Below, one piece after another: positions 55,368 to 64,000 of a stretch of 64,000 nucleotides of DNA (the stretch's first letter is position 1; every line of letters starts with the position of its first letter). This stretch comes from Bacteroidales bacterium (GTDB lineage Bacteria; Bacteroidota; Bacteroidia; Bacteroidales; FEN-979), in NCBI GenBank assembly GCA_014860625.1, contig JACZJJ010000088.1, forward strand, positions 12,468 to 76,467, read 5' to 3'. Below the pieces are notes generated by a model. It saw only the letters and a list, made by a program, of their open reading frames with translations. It did not search any database and was not told where the DNA came from. The translations under genes and the position numbers were made by a program.

Positions 55368-56348
55368 TTAATGAATGTAGCCGTGCTTCGTAAACCAGGA
55401 GAATGTATCTCTGACAGTCTCCTCCAGGTCCCTTGATGAAAAATTCAGCTCCCTTTGAGCTTTGGCATTGGAGATCATACGGCTTCCTTCAGAGATGATC
55501 TGGAGGGATTCTTTTGTATATAACGGCTCAACTCCGGCAATAAGACTGTAAAGGGTAATAAATGGAAGACCCAGTTTTGCCACCCACATGGGCATCACGG
55601 TCTGGGGAGTTTTTGAACCGGTAACTCTGGCAACGATCTGAGAAAGTTCCAGCAAACTATGCCAGGTGCCTGATAAGAGGTACTTCTCGCCTGATCTGCC
55701 CATCGTCATGGCATGGATAGCGCCCTGAACAACGTCCCTCACATCTACCCAATTGTATCCACCCGGGACAAGAGCGGGAATCTGGTTGTAGTAAAGTTCA
55801 AGAAGCGCTTTTCCGATCAAACCTGGCTCGGGGTCGTCGGGACCGATAATCGCTGTTGGGCAGAGGATTACGGCATCGAGCCCTTCAGCAGCAGCCTGAT
55901 GAACCGCTCGTTCTCCTTCAGCTTTTGACACATCATACGCAAAACCAACGGAGCCTACCACTGGACGCGTTTCGTCAAGAACTTCATTTGCAGGGTGTTG
56001 CTGGAATGCGTGAATGCTGCTAAAATGGATTAACCGATTAATCTTTTGTTCACGGGCTATCTCAACGATATTTTTTGTTCCCTCAGCGTTGATCTTCCAT
56101 ACCATGCCGTCGGGATCGCCTTTTATGGAGATAAAGGCTGCAAGATGAAAACAATAATCCGTATCCTGCATCAACTTCCTGATCGAATCCTTCTCAAGGA
56201 TATTCCCTTTGACTATTTCAATGGGGAGATCCTGGATTGCTTTGGTATGTTTGTGCGTAAGGGCCTTAACCTGATAACCTTCCTGAAGAAGGGCTTTGCA
56301 AAGATTTGAGCCAACATGGCCGTTAGCTCCGGTTACAGCTATTTTCAT
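55368..56348 (-). CDS. extended SDR, NAD(P)-dependent epimerase/dehydratase / 3beta-hydroxysteroid-dehydrogenase-like
   Basis: 326 aa with MKIAVTGANGHVGSNL Rossmann motif and YDVSKAEGE catalytic Y-x3-K. It ends 11 nt upstream of the SRD5A-like gene. Confidence 0.8.
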   Translation of the reverse strand: MKIAVTGANGHVGSNLCKALLQEGYQVKALTHKHTKAIQDLPIEIVKGNILEKDSIRKLMQDTDYCFHLAAFISIKGDPDGMVWKINAEGTKNIVEIAREQKINRLIHFSSIHAFQQHPANEVLDETRPVVGSVGFAYDVSKAEGERAVHQAAAEGLDAVILCPTAIIGPDDPEPGLIGKALLELYYNQIPALVPGGYNWVDVRDVVQGAIHAMTMGRSGEKYLLSGTWHSLLELSQIVARVTGSKTPQTVMPMWVAKLGLPFITLYSLIAGVEPLYTKESLQIISEGSRMISNAKAQRELNFSSRDLEETVRDTFSWFTKHGYIH

Positions 56349-56371
56349 CGATGCAAAAATAGAAATATTTA

Positions 56372-57514
56372 TTAAGCAGACAATAGTTGATGATTCTGAG
56401 AGGAATTCAGCAGATTCTGAATGGGACGGAATTCATGCCGAATGATCTCCCACTTTTCGGGATACTGATCAAAAAGTTGAATAATCCGTTTTTGATGCTT
56501 GCGCAATGCATCTGTAATTGCCGGGGCTGAAATCGGGGTAGGGAACTCTTTTCCCACGTTCGCGCTCGTTAAATTGTCTTTTCGCTGTTTGATGCCTGAT
56601 GCCGCAAGTTCAAGTCGGTCAAGTAACAGGTGGGTTTTAATCATCCGCTGGGGAAGCCCGTCAATGACCTGGTCTGAAATCTTTTGTTGCACAGGATCCG
56701 GAAATCTGATGTGGTAATCAGCCAACAGTATCTGAGAAAATTGAGCAGGGGAGGACAACGCCCCAGCAAATTCAAGTGCGTCGTTTATGATTTGCTCCAA
56801 CTGAGACAATTCTCCTGTAAACATTTTCAATTTAATCTTGGCTGAATCTGTCAGGGAAGCCCTAGTTCCATGCTTTTCAGCATATCTGGAAAGAAAATAT
56901 TGGGCAAGTGACAAAATTCCCTCCCTGACTTTTTGTCCCTGCTGTTCCAACTCTTCTTTCAACTGATCACGCTCCCGTACTATGTGACGAATTTGTTCGT
57001 CAAAGGTAGCTGTCAGTTGATTCTGCGCATCGGAAGTATGAAACAGGGTATTGATTGAATGGGAGAGAAGAAACCCTACCATGTTCTTGTGTTGAGCAGA
57101 AAAAGGTTCACTCACTTTGTCTAAAAGAAAATTACTCAGATTGTCATTGAAATAAATGAAGAAAAGATCGGATGAAAATGAGCCAGAAATTGAATATAAA
57201 ATCAATAATACGCTGTTTTTCAGCTCACTAAATATAGTTAATTGAACTTTATCTTTATTAATAATTTCAAATGGTAACTGGTTTTTTTGAAACCAATGGT
57301 AAGGTTGAGACGAATTCCCCAAGTCAGAAAACACAGAAGAGCCGGCCTCTAACTTGATCTGATCAATCCTGTAATCCTTCTCATCCTTTTTTAGAAGGAA
57401 GCCCGATGATTGTGTGTTATTGTGCTGATAATGAACAAGAACTACTTGCTCTATTCCAGGAATTAATCCGGGAATCAGTGATAAAACACGTAAGGAAAGG
57501 ACCTCTTTTGACAC
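56372..57514 (-). CDS. hypothetical protein (380 aa), possible regulator
   Basis: Long ORF, AT-rich in its 5' half, with a central coiled-coil (RERDQLKEELEQQGQKVREG). LAQYFLSRYAEKHGTRASLTDSAKIKL is reminiscent of the lid helix pair of sigma-54 activator AAA+ domains. I see no Walker A/B and no clear HTH. It ends 23 nt upstream of the SDR gene. Confidence 0.6.
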   Translation of the reverse strand: MSKEVLSLRVLSLIPGLIPGIEQVVLVHYQHNNTQSSGFLLKKDEKDYRIDQIKLEAGSSVFSDLGNSSQPYHWFQKNQLPFEIINKDKVQLTIFSELKNSVLLILYSISGSFSSDLFFIYFNDNLSNFLLDKVSEPFSAQHKNMVGFLLSHSINTLFHTSDAQNQLTATFDEQIRHIVRERDQLKEELEQQGQKVREGILSLAQYFLSRYAEKHGTRASLTDSAKIKLKMFTGELSQLEQIINDALEFAGALSSPAQFSQILLADYHIRFPDPVQQKISDQVIDGLPQRMIKTHLLLDRLELAASGIKQRKDNLTSANVGKEFPTPISAPAITDALRKHQKRIIQLFDQYPEKWEIIRHEFRPIQNLLNSSQNHQLLSA

Positions 57515-57984
57515 AACCTATCCAATTAATTAAGCAAATATACGGCATAATTACTGCTTAAGCAAATTTAAGCTTAATTAAGTGCTTAACTTAACTTAAT
57601 TGGTGGTTAAGTAGAATCATTTAAGTTGGATATTTTGGTTAAATAATTTGTTTCGATTATAAATGCAGCCTAGTTTTATCCATTAAAAAAATAAAGCATA
57701 CTTAAATGTAATCTCAATGAAAAACTTAAATAATAACACAGAACAAGGTGAATATTACCGCATCATGGAAAAGCGAATTAAGTATTATGCTGAGAAGTAT
57801 GATCCGCATACAATTGTTTATGATCATCAACCGTCGCCGGTAAGTATTGAAACGAAAAATGGAGACCCAAAGAAGCATGGGATAGCCTTTTTTCGGTCCG
57901 TTTTTATGAATTTTTTTTAGCCCTGTTTGATTTTCGATTGGGTTTATTGTACTTTTACACGATTAACCCTCTAATCAGTTTCAA

Positions 57985-58986
57985 ATGAGAACATTCGGAA
58001 AAATCGTATTGTGGTTGCTGATTATTATCGCTGTGCTGGTAATAATTGCCTATCTACTTCCACGCCAATACAAAGTGGAAAGAAGTGTAACAATCGGGGC
58101 TGACAAAGCTCTGGTATATGATCTGACATGCAACATGAAAAAGTGGGATCTATGGACTCCATGGAATAATCGTGTCGACACGACGGCCTTGTTTGAATTG
58201 TCGGGAAATGATTGTGAAGTTGGAACGATTTGGAAATGGAATGGTGAGATTCTTGGAAATGGAGAACTGATTGTTACTGAATCGACTCCGGGAGAATATT
58301 TTGGTTATGACCTGATGTTTGATGATGGTAAATATCAATCGAAAGGAGGATTCCAATACGTTGAAGCCAACGATTCTGTTCTGATTATCTGGACGGATGA
58401 AGGAGATCTGGGATTCAATCCGTTGAACAGGTATATGGGACTCTTTATGGATAAGATGATGGGACCTGATTTTGAAAAGGGACTTGCAAAACTTAAAGAG
58501 GTAGCGGAGGAACGTCACGGATGGCCTCCAATCACAGAGACATACATGGAAGAACAAATTGTGTTGTTGATTCGCGATTCGGCAGGTCCTGAGACCTATG
58601 GAGAGGTAATGGGAAGAGGGTACTGGGAACTCTCGAATTTTATCAAACGGAAGAAACTTACTCCCAAAGGCCATCCCTTTGCCGTCTATCAATCATGGGA
58701 CTCAGTAACCCAGTTTTCAGTATTCGACCTTGGAATGGCCGTCGAATTTGCAGATGGTGGAAAAGGGAGAATTACGGTGGGTGAGTTTCCTGCCCAAAAA
58801 GTGGTCATGGCCGACTATTATGGCCCATACGACCAAACTGCTTCGGTATACAAAGCTTTGGAAAAATATACCTCACAGGGAGGTTTGGAGATTATTGGAA
58901 ATCCATGGGAGATCTATGTAACTGATCCAATGACTGAACCCGACACCGCCAAATGGAATACGCAGGTCCTTTTCCCAATTAAATAA
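57985..58986 (+). CDS. membrane-anchored SRPBCC (START/polyketide-cyclase-like) domain fused to GyrI-like small-molecule-binding domain
   Basis: 333 aa with an N-terminal TM helix, then YKVERSVTIGADKALVYDL...W (SRPBCC-like). The C-terminal half (PFAVYQSWD...GPYDQTASVYKALEKY...GNPWEIYVTDP) is GyrI-like. Confidence 0.65.
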   Translation: MRTFGKIVLWLLIIIAVLVIIAYLLPRQYKVERSVTIGADKALVYDLTCNMKKWDLWTPWNNRVDTTALFELSGNDCEVGTIWKWNGEILGNGELIVTESTPGEYFGYDLMFDDGKYQSKGGFQYVEANDSVLIIWTDEGDLGFNPLNRYMGLFMDKMMGPDFEKGLAKLKEVAEERHGWPPITETYMEEQIVLLIRDSAGPETYGEVMGRGYWELSNFIKRKKLTPKGHPFAVYQSWDSVTQFSVFDLGMAVEFADGGKGRITVGEFPAQKVVMADYYGPYDQTASVYKALEKYTSQGGLEIIGNPWEIYVTDPMTEPDTAKWNTQVLFPIK

Positions 58987-59086
58987 CCGGGTTCATCTAG
59001 TTTCACCGAAAGGTTGTCCTATTCTTCAAGGAACGGACAACCTTTTTTTATATCTTGCCACCCATCTTTTTCTAACGATCAGTTAA

Positions 59087-60371
59087 ATGTTTGTAACATT
59101 CCTCTCACTCGAATGGAAATCCGCCAGACGGGCTTCCATATGGCAAAAAAACCTGGCATTAAACCTGGTTATTGGGTTTTTCCTTACCCTGATGTTGCTT
59201 TATTTCTTTTATTGGGCTTCTTTATCGGAGAGATCATTCGAGAACTTTATCCTGGAGAGAACCCGGTGGTGATCTTCAATGGATTTTTGATCTATTATTT
59301 CGTTATTGATCTGTTTATCAGATTTATGATGCAATCATTACCGAAGATTTCGTTGGATTCATTTCTCCATCTACCCATCCGAAAATCTACCATCATCCAT
59401 TATATGGTAGGGCGTACCATCCTGAATTTTTTCAATCTGATTCCACTTTTCATCTTTGTACCTGTCCTTTTCAGACTCATTTTACCAGGAACAGGATCAT
59501 TTCAGGTGCTGACATGGATAGTCGCACTGATCCTAATGATACTGGGAAATACATTTTTAGCCGCTTACATCAAACGAATGTTTGGTGCAAAACCATTGAT
59601 TGTACTTCTGCTCGCCCTGGTGATCGGAGCTCTGTTTACAATGGATAAAACCGGAATGATATCCGTTGCCTTACTTTCCAGTCAGGCATTTGGAAGTATC
59701 CTCAGTGATCCTGCATGGTTGGCACTGCCGACGTTCTGGATGATACTGATGTATCTACTTCATTATCAGTTCTTAAAATCACACTTGTACCCTGATGAGG
59801 TAATGGTTAAGAGAGAGCGTGAAATCGAAACGTCGTCGGGAAACAGGTTGCTGAAGTCGTTTGGATTAACAGGTACGATTATCATGCTGGAGATGAAGCT
59901 TTACTGGCGTCATAAGCGCACCAGGACAATGATTTATATGCTCCCGATTTTTCTTGGATATGGCCTTTTCTTCTACTTCCAAACTGCCTACCGTGAACAG
60001 GATTTTATGATCTTTTTTATTGGTGTCTTCATGACAGGAGGGATGATGTTGAATTATACCAATTATGCATTTGGTTATGAAAGCAATTATTTCGATGCAT
60101 TGTTAACTAAGAATATTGATTTTCAGCAAGAGCATCCAACTACCAGGGAATAGGGGCAATGAACTGGTTGGCTATTTTTCCCGCTTTTCTGTTGCCGGTG
60201 TTAATTCAAATACCCTTTAAAAAAATGGGCATTCCCAATACCGGGCTGCTGTTTGTTGCTGCTATGGGAATTCTCGGACTGATCTTAAACAAACCATTGT
60301 TAACCATTATATATAAAATTTTATCAAAACGTAAATACATAATGGCTAGTGCTTTTAGAGAAAGAAGTTAA
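59087..60371 (+). pseudogene. multi-TM membrane protein gene (DUF5687-like partner of the downstream ABC ATPase) split into three reading frames
   Basis: The pieces 59087-59272, about 59200-60153 and 60120-60371 lie in three different frames but read as one polytopic protein. The first junction lies in the T-rich run ctttatttcttttattggg (about 59198-59216). The second is near 60120-60160. Confidence 0.6.
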
Positions 60372-60395
60372 ATTATTACTTTAATGTATTCATTC

Positions 60396-60971
60396 ATGAT
60401 AAAGATAGCAAATCTTACAAAAAACTACGGACCGGTTACCGTTTTAAACATTCCTGAGTTAGAGATTCCTGCTGGGGAGAGTTTTGGCCTTGTAGGGAAT
60501 AATGGAGCTGGTAAGACGACCATGTTCAGATGTATTTTGGACCTGATACGGCCTGATAGTGGAACTGTTTCATCAAAAGAAGTGAACATTGCTGCCAGTA
60601 GGTCCTGGAAAACGTTTACCGGTTCATATCTGGATGATGGTTTTTTGATCGATTTTTTCACACCGGAAGAGTATTTCACATTTGTTGCTGATGTTTACGG
60701 CCTGAAAGAGGGTGATTTGGCTTCTTTCTACAGTGATTTCGAGGAATTCTTTGGCAACGATATCCTGAATAAGAAAAAACTGATCCGTGATTTCTCCAGT
60801 GGTAACAGGCAGCGTATTGGTATTGCCGGTGCACTTATGCCAAAGCCGGAAGTTATTGTTCTTGATGAACCATTCAACAGCCTCGATCCAACGACTCAAA
60901 TCAGGATTGTACACGATTTGAAAACGAATCAGGACACCCTGAAGGTTCTTGAAGAATATTTTGCAGCCTAA
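60396..60971 (+). CDS. ABC transporter ATP-binding protein, C-terminally short (no H-loop region)
   Basis: 191 aa from ATG 60396. Walker A GNNGAGKTT, signature SSGNRQR and Walker B VIVLDEP are present. The ORF stops about 28 aa after the D-loop, so the H-loop segment is missing. Confidence 0.7.
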   Translation: MIKIANLTKNYGPVTVLNIPELEIPAGESFGLVGNNGAGKTTMFRCILDLIRPDSGTVSSKEVNIAASRSWKTFTGSYLDDGFLIDFFTPEEYFTFVADVYGLKEGDLASFYSDFEEFFGNDILNKKKLIRDFSSGNRQRIGIAGALMPKPEVIVLDEPFNSLDPTTQIRIVHDLKTNQDTLKVLEEYFAA

Positions 60972-61021
60972 TCAGTGAACTATTTTCATAAATTAGCCGC
61001 AAATTTTTAAACCAAATCAAT

Positions 61022-61756
61022 ATGAAAAAAACTCTAACCGCAGTTCTTGTATTCCTGATGATGACTACAGGCCCTTTACTGGCTCAGAAACGACTCTATT
61101 TTGGTCTTTCAGGTACCGGACTTAGCTCCGTCATCGTCAACCAAAACAATTATGGACTTCCATTCGAGATGGACTATGTGCTCACCTTTGGTGGCGGAGG
61201 CAATGCAAACATAGGTTTCGACTTTAACAGCCATATAGGGCTGAAACTTGAGATTGGCTGGGCGAAACTTGGTCAGAAATATGAAGACGTTCATCAAGAC
61301 ACATCATACACCCGGAACGTGAAGATTAATTACCTCCAAATTCCCTTGTTGTTTAAATTCAGGACGGGGGGTGATGTGGCTAAATTTTATATAATGACTG
61401 GCCCTCAGTTAAATATCCTTGTTTCCGCTTCACAAGAATATCTGAAGCACGAGAATATCTGGGACGAAAACTATACACCGGGAGGGTGGACGAAACCTAT
61501 AGTTATCGGAGAATCAACCATCACAAATCGCTATAACTCAATGGACATTATGGCGCGTATTGATTTTGGCGTTGACATCCAGATCATTCCAAACCTGTTT
61601 CTGAATGCGGGAATGACAATGGCTTACGGTTTTCTTGATATCAATGCCCCTGATTGGCAGATGACCAACAAAGATGGAAACTACAACCCATCGCATAATG
61701 CTTATGGCGGATTAACTTTTGGTATCAATTACGTTTTACCTGTCGGGGGTAAATAA
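61022..61756 (+). CDS. outer-membrane beta-barrel protein (porin-family/OmpA-like 8-10-strand barrel)
   Basis: 244 aa with a signal peptide, alternating amphipathic strands and a C-terminal aromatic-rich GGLTFGINYVL. Confidence 0.7.
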   Translation: MKKTLTAVLVFLMMTTGPLLAQKRLYFGLSGTGLSSVIVNQNNYGLPFEMDYVLTFGGGGNANIGFDFNSHIGLKLEIGWAKLGQKYEDVHQDTSYTRNVKINYLQIPLLFKFRTGGDVAKFYIMTGPQLNILVSASQEYLKHENIWDENYTPGGWTKPIVIGESTITNRYNSMDIMARIDFGVDIQIIPNLFLNAGMTMAYGFLDINAPDWQMTNKDGNYNPSHNAYGGLTFGINYVLPVGGK

Positions 61757-61876
61757 TAATTTCGTACCGGAGACCGTCTTAAGGGCCGATATCTGATTTT
61801 ATGTTAACCAGCAAGCTGGACGCACAACATCATTGTCCTATAATTAATATTATGTCAAATAGAAATATTGATAATA

Positions 61877-61902
61877 AAGGGAGACTGGAAATAGCCTCCC
61901 TT
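61877..61902 (-). terminator. possible terminator hairpin after the TPR gene
   Basis: 7-bp stem aagggag/ctccctt with a 12-nt loop. On the minus strand it is followed by a moderately T-rich tract. Confidence 0.4.
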
Positions 61903-61917
61903 TATACTTCTCCCCTC

Positions 61918-63096
61918 TTATTTTAATGCATCAATTTTAGCATTGACCTCCTTCAGCTTTTCGTTCTGCCCTGTCCGGGAATAAATCAGTCGTAATGTTT
62001 GCAGCGTATTCCCATCCTCAGGTTGCATAATGGTTGCCTGCTCCAGGTACGGTGCTGCCAATCCGAGATAATTTGTCAATTCAGCTTTCAGCTTATTGTA
62101 TTCAGCTTCCTTGTCAAGCGGCAATGCATTCATTTTAATTTCTATCGTCGCGGCTGTATTCACATAGAGTGCTCCAATATTGTAAAGCGCATTAAAATAC
62201 TCCGGATTGAGTTCCAGAGATTTCATATAAGCAACTACCGCTTTGTTCACTGCATCTTCCCTAACCTCGTCCGATACTGAGTCGTTTGCAATTTTGTCGT
62301 AGATGGTTCCCAGAGCAAAATAGACGGAAAAGTTGGTTGTGTCGGTCTCGATGTAAGTAAGAAGATTCTGCAGAGCCCTGTCTGTAAGGTCAAATGTTAG
62401 AAAAACACTCGTTTCTCCTAAAAATACATCCGGGTCATTCGGATAGACTTCCTTGCCCATTTGAATATATTTCATGGCGTTTTCCTTATCTCCTTCCACT
62501 CTGTATATATCTGAAAGACTTACATATAAAGCAGGCGTGTTGTAACCCTGTTCCAGGAGCATTAAATAATACTTCTTGGCCGTCTCATAGTCTTTTGCAA
62601 GAGAGGCGCAATAAGCGGTGTTAAGCATGGCAACGGTATCGGCCACTCCTGATACCGCAATCACATCGACAGCGCTGGCAAAATCCTTCATGGATTTGGC
62701 AAAATCGCCTTTATTGTATGCGTCAACAGCAGAATTGTACAAATTATTTCTCTCCAAACTAAGCTGAACGAAGATCTCATCAAAATATTCCTTTTTGGGA
62801 TCAAACTCAATGGCTTTTTGATAGGATTCAAGTCCTTTTTTTAAGGCATCCGGATCAAGCGCAGCATACGCCTCATCGGTTGAGTTGGCTATCTTGAGGT
62901 ATATATGGCCCCGAATAGCCCATGCTTTGGCATCCTCCAGTGTTGCGGGATTTGCCACGCACTCATTAATCGCCTCTACAGCTTTATCCAACTTCCCTGA
63001 TTTCAGATAATTAGATGCTGTTTGGCGAACATTTTTCTGTCCAAAAGCGATGGTGACGGAGAGTACCATTACCATCAGAAATGCAAATCTTTTCAT
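61918..63096 (-). CDS. tetratricopeptide-repeat protein, secreted
   Basis: 392 aa with a signal peptide and multiple TPR-like A/Y/L helical pairs. Its position immediately downstream of gyrA is common in Bacteroidota. Confidence 0.75.
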   Translation of the reverse strand: MKRFAFLMVMVLSVTIAFGQKNVRQTASNYLKSGKLDKAVEAINECVANPATLEDAKAWAIRGHIYLKIANSTDEAYAALDPDALKKGLESYQKAIEFDPKKEYFDEIFVQLSLERNNLYNSAVDAYNKGDFAKSMKDFASAVDVIAVSGVADTVAMLNTAYCASLAKDYETAKKYYLMLLEQGYNTPALYVSLSDIYRVEGDKENAMKYIQMGKEVYPNDPDVFLGETSVFLTFDLTDRALQNLLTYIETDTTNFSVYFALGTIYDKIANDSVSDEVREDAVNKAVVAYMKSLELNPEYFNALYNIGALYVNTAATIEIKMNALPLDKEAEYNKLKAELTNYLGLAAPYLEQATIMQPEDGNTLQTLRLIYSRTGQNEKLKEVNAKIDALK

Positions 63097-63142
63097 ACGA
63101 GATATAGTTTTGGTTCCTTACTACGGTTTGTCAATCAGTGTG

Positions 63143-63150
63143 CAAAAATA
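63143..63150 (-). promoter_or_regulatory. Bacteroidota -7 promoter box (TAttTTTG on minus strand) upstream of the TPR gene
   Basis: The reverse complement of caaaaata is tatttttg. It lies 47 nt upstream of ATG 63096. Confidence 0.4.
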
Positions 63151-63181
63151 AACAATGATATTTGGAATTGTTAATTTCTTA

Positions 63182-64000
63182 TCATTTATTTTCAGTAGGA
63201 TTTTCATCACCTGCCTGCTCTGTCAACTCTTCCGACCCCTCAATAACCTCCGTTACATCCTCCTCATCTTCTACCTCAACTTTTGCCACTGCGGCGATGC
63301 TGTCACCCTCTTTGATCTGAAGCAGCCGAACCCCCTGGGTAGCCCTCCCTACTACCCGGAGATTTCCAACAGCCATGCGGATAATGATTCCGGAGCGGTT
63401 GATAATCATCAGGTCGTCCTGATCAGTAACCAGTTTAATGGCTATTAAATTACCTGTTTTCTCGGTAATATTGATGGTTTTCACACCTTTACCACCCCTG
63501 TTGGTTACTCTGTAATCATTGATATTAGATCGCTTACCATATCCGTTTTCTGAAACAACCAGAATCTCACACTTTTTATCCTGAGGTACGCATATCATGC
63601 CAATCACTTCATCGGTAGATCCGCTGAACGATATTCCTCTTACTCCTGCTGCATTTCTTCCCATCGGTCGAACTTTGGTTTCATTGAACCGTATTGCCCT
63701 GCCAGATTTGAGGGCTAATACCACTTCATTTACTCCGTTTGTAAGTTTTGCTTCAAGCAACTGATCCCCCTCATTGATGGTGATTGCATTGATGCCATTT
63801 TGGCGGGGACGTGAATAGGCTTCCAGGGAGGTTTTTTTGATGGTACCCCGTTTTGTGGCAAGAATGATGAAATTGGCGTTGATGTAATCCTCGTCCTTCA
63901 GGTTCTTTACATTGATATACGCTCTCACTTTATCGTCGCTTTCAATGCTGAGAAGGTTTTGTATTGCTCTTCCCTTGGATGTCTTAGCCCCTTCCGGGAT
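63182..64000 (-). CDS. gyrA: DNA gyrase subunit A, C-terminal part (5' end outside window)
   Basis: The open frame continues to the window edge. It has beta-pinwheel repeats (RVTNRGGKGVKTINITEKTGNLIA, AAGVRGISF) and an acidic tail (EDEEDVTEVIEGSEELTEQAGDENPTENK). Confidence 0.9.
   Translation of the reverse strand: MPEGAKTSKGRAIQNLLSIESDDKVRAYINVKNLKDEDYINANFIILATKRGTIKKTSLEAYSRPRQNGINAITINEGDQLLEAKLTNGVNEVVLALKSGRAIRFNETKVRPMGRNAAGVRGISFSGSTDEVIGMICVPQDKKCEILVVSENGYGKRSNINDYRVTNRGGKGVKTINITEKTGNLIAIKLVTDQDDLMIINRSGIIIRMAVGNLRVVGRATQGVRLLQIKEGDSIAAVAKVEVEDEEDVTEVIEGSEELTEQAGDENPTENK

Noticed and set aside
57717-57920. 67-aa plus-strand ORF in the AT-rich gap before the SRPBCC gene.
   Set aside because: It has no recognisable motif, no promoter box in front and an AT-rich context that generates ORFs by chance. 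It cannot be supported without conservation or expression data.

Overview
This 64-kb window looks like ordinary chromosome from a Bacteroidota-type genome. Supporting signs are repeated TAnnTTTG -7 promoter boxes, two T9SS C-terminal sorting domains, the L33/DUF4295-like/FtsY/RimO arrangement, and gyrA followed by a TPR gene. It is densely coding, with about 55 protein genes, and I saw no rRNA, tRNA, CRISPR array or obvious mobile element. Content in order:
- 1-16.5 kb: a sugar-utilisation neighbourhood (GH2 beta-mannosidase, galK, galM, GH31, SSS sugar symporter), interspersed with an MscS channel, a TMEM97/EXPERA-like membrane protein plus a short OYE-type flavoenzyme, and an M23 peptidase.
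- 16.5-19.3 kb: a 933-aa protein ending in a Cys-less FGE/SUMF1 fold.
- 19.3-34.8 kb: a 15-kb co-directional minus-strand block. It runs HAD, GDE-like (alpha/alpha)6 protein, two transglutaminase-like proteins, GT-C glycosyltransferase, GH63-like, DUF2961, CAP-SPOR, and a 4-repeat secreted protein.
- 34.9-45.8 kb: housekeeping genes (pepC, aat, xerD, rpmG, ftsY, rimO and others).
- 46.1-51.6 kb: a TonB-dependent receptor locus with T9SS cargo proteins.
- 51.6-53.0 kb: OsmC, NUDIX and ClpS.
- 53.2-53.6 kb: an orphan GC-rich region that looks like a structured ncRNA with its own promoter and terminator.
- 54.6-57.5 kb: a steroid-5alpha-reductase-like gene, a 3beta-HSD-like SDR and an unknown 380-aa protein.
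- 59.1-61.0 kb: a frameshifted membrane-protein gene plus a truncated ABC ATPase.
- 61.0-64.0 kb: an outer-membrane beta-barrel protein, a TPR protein and the 3' part of gyrA.

One pattern recurs that the gene list does not explain. Short degenerate tandem arrays with a 7- or 8-nt period sit exactly on gene boundaries, often spanning stop or start codons, at six or more loci.

All family calls come from motifs I recognise by eye. No database search, folding program or statistics was run, and starts were re-chosen by hand where the ORF-track start overlapped an upstream gene.
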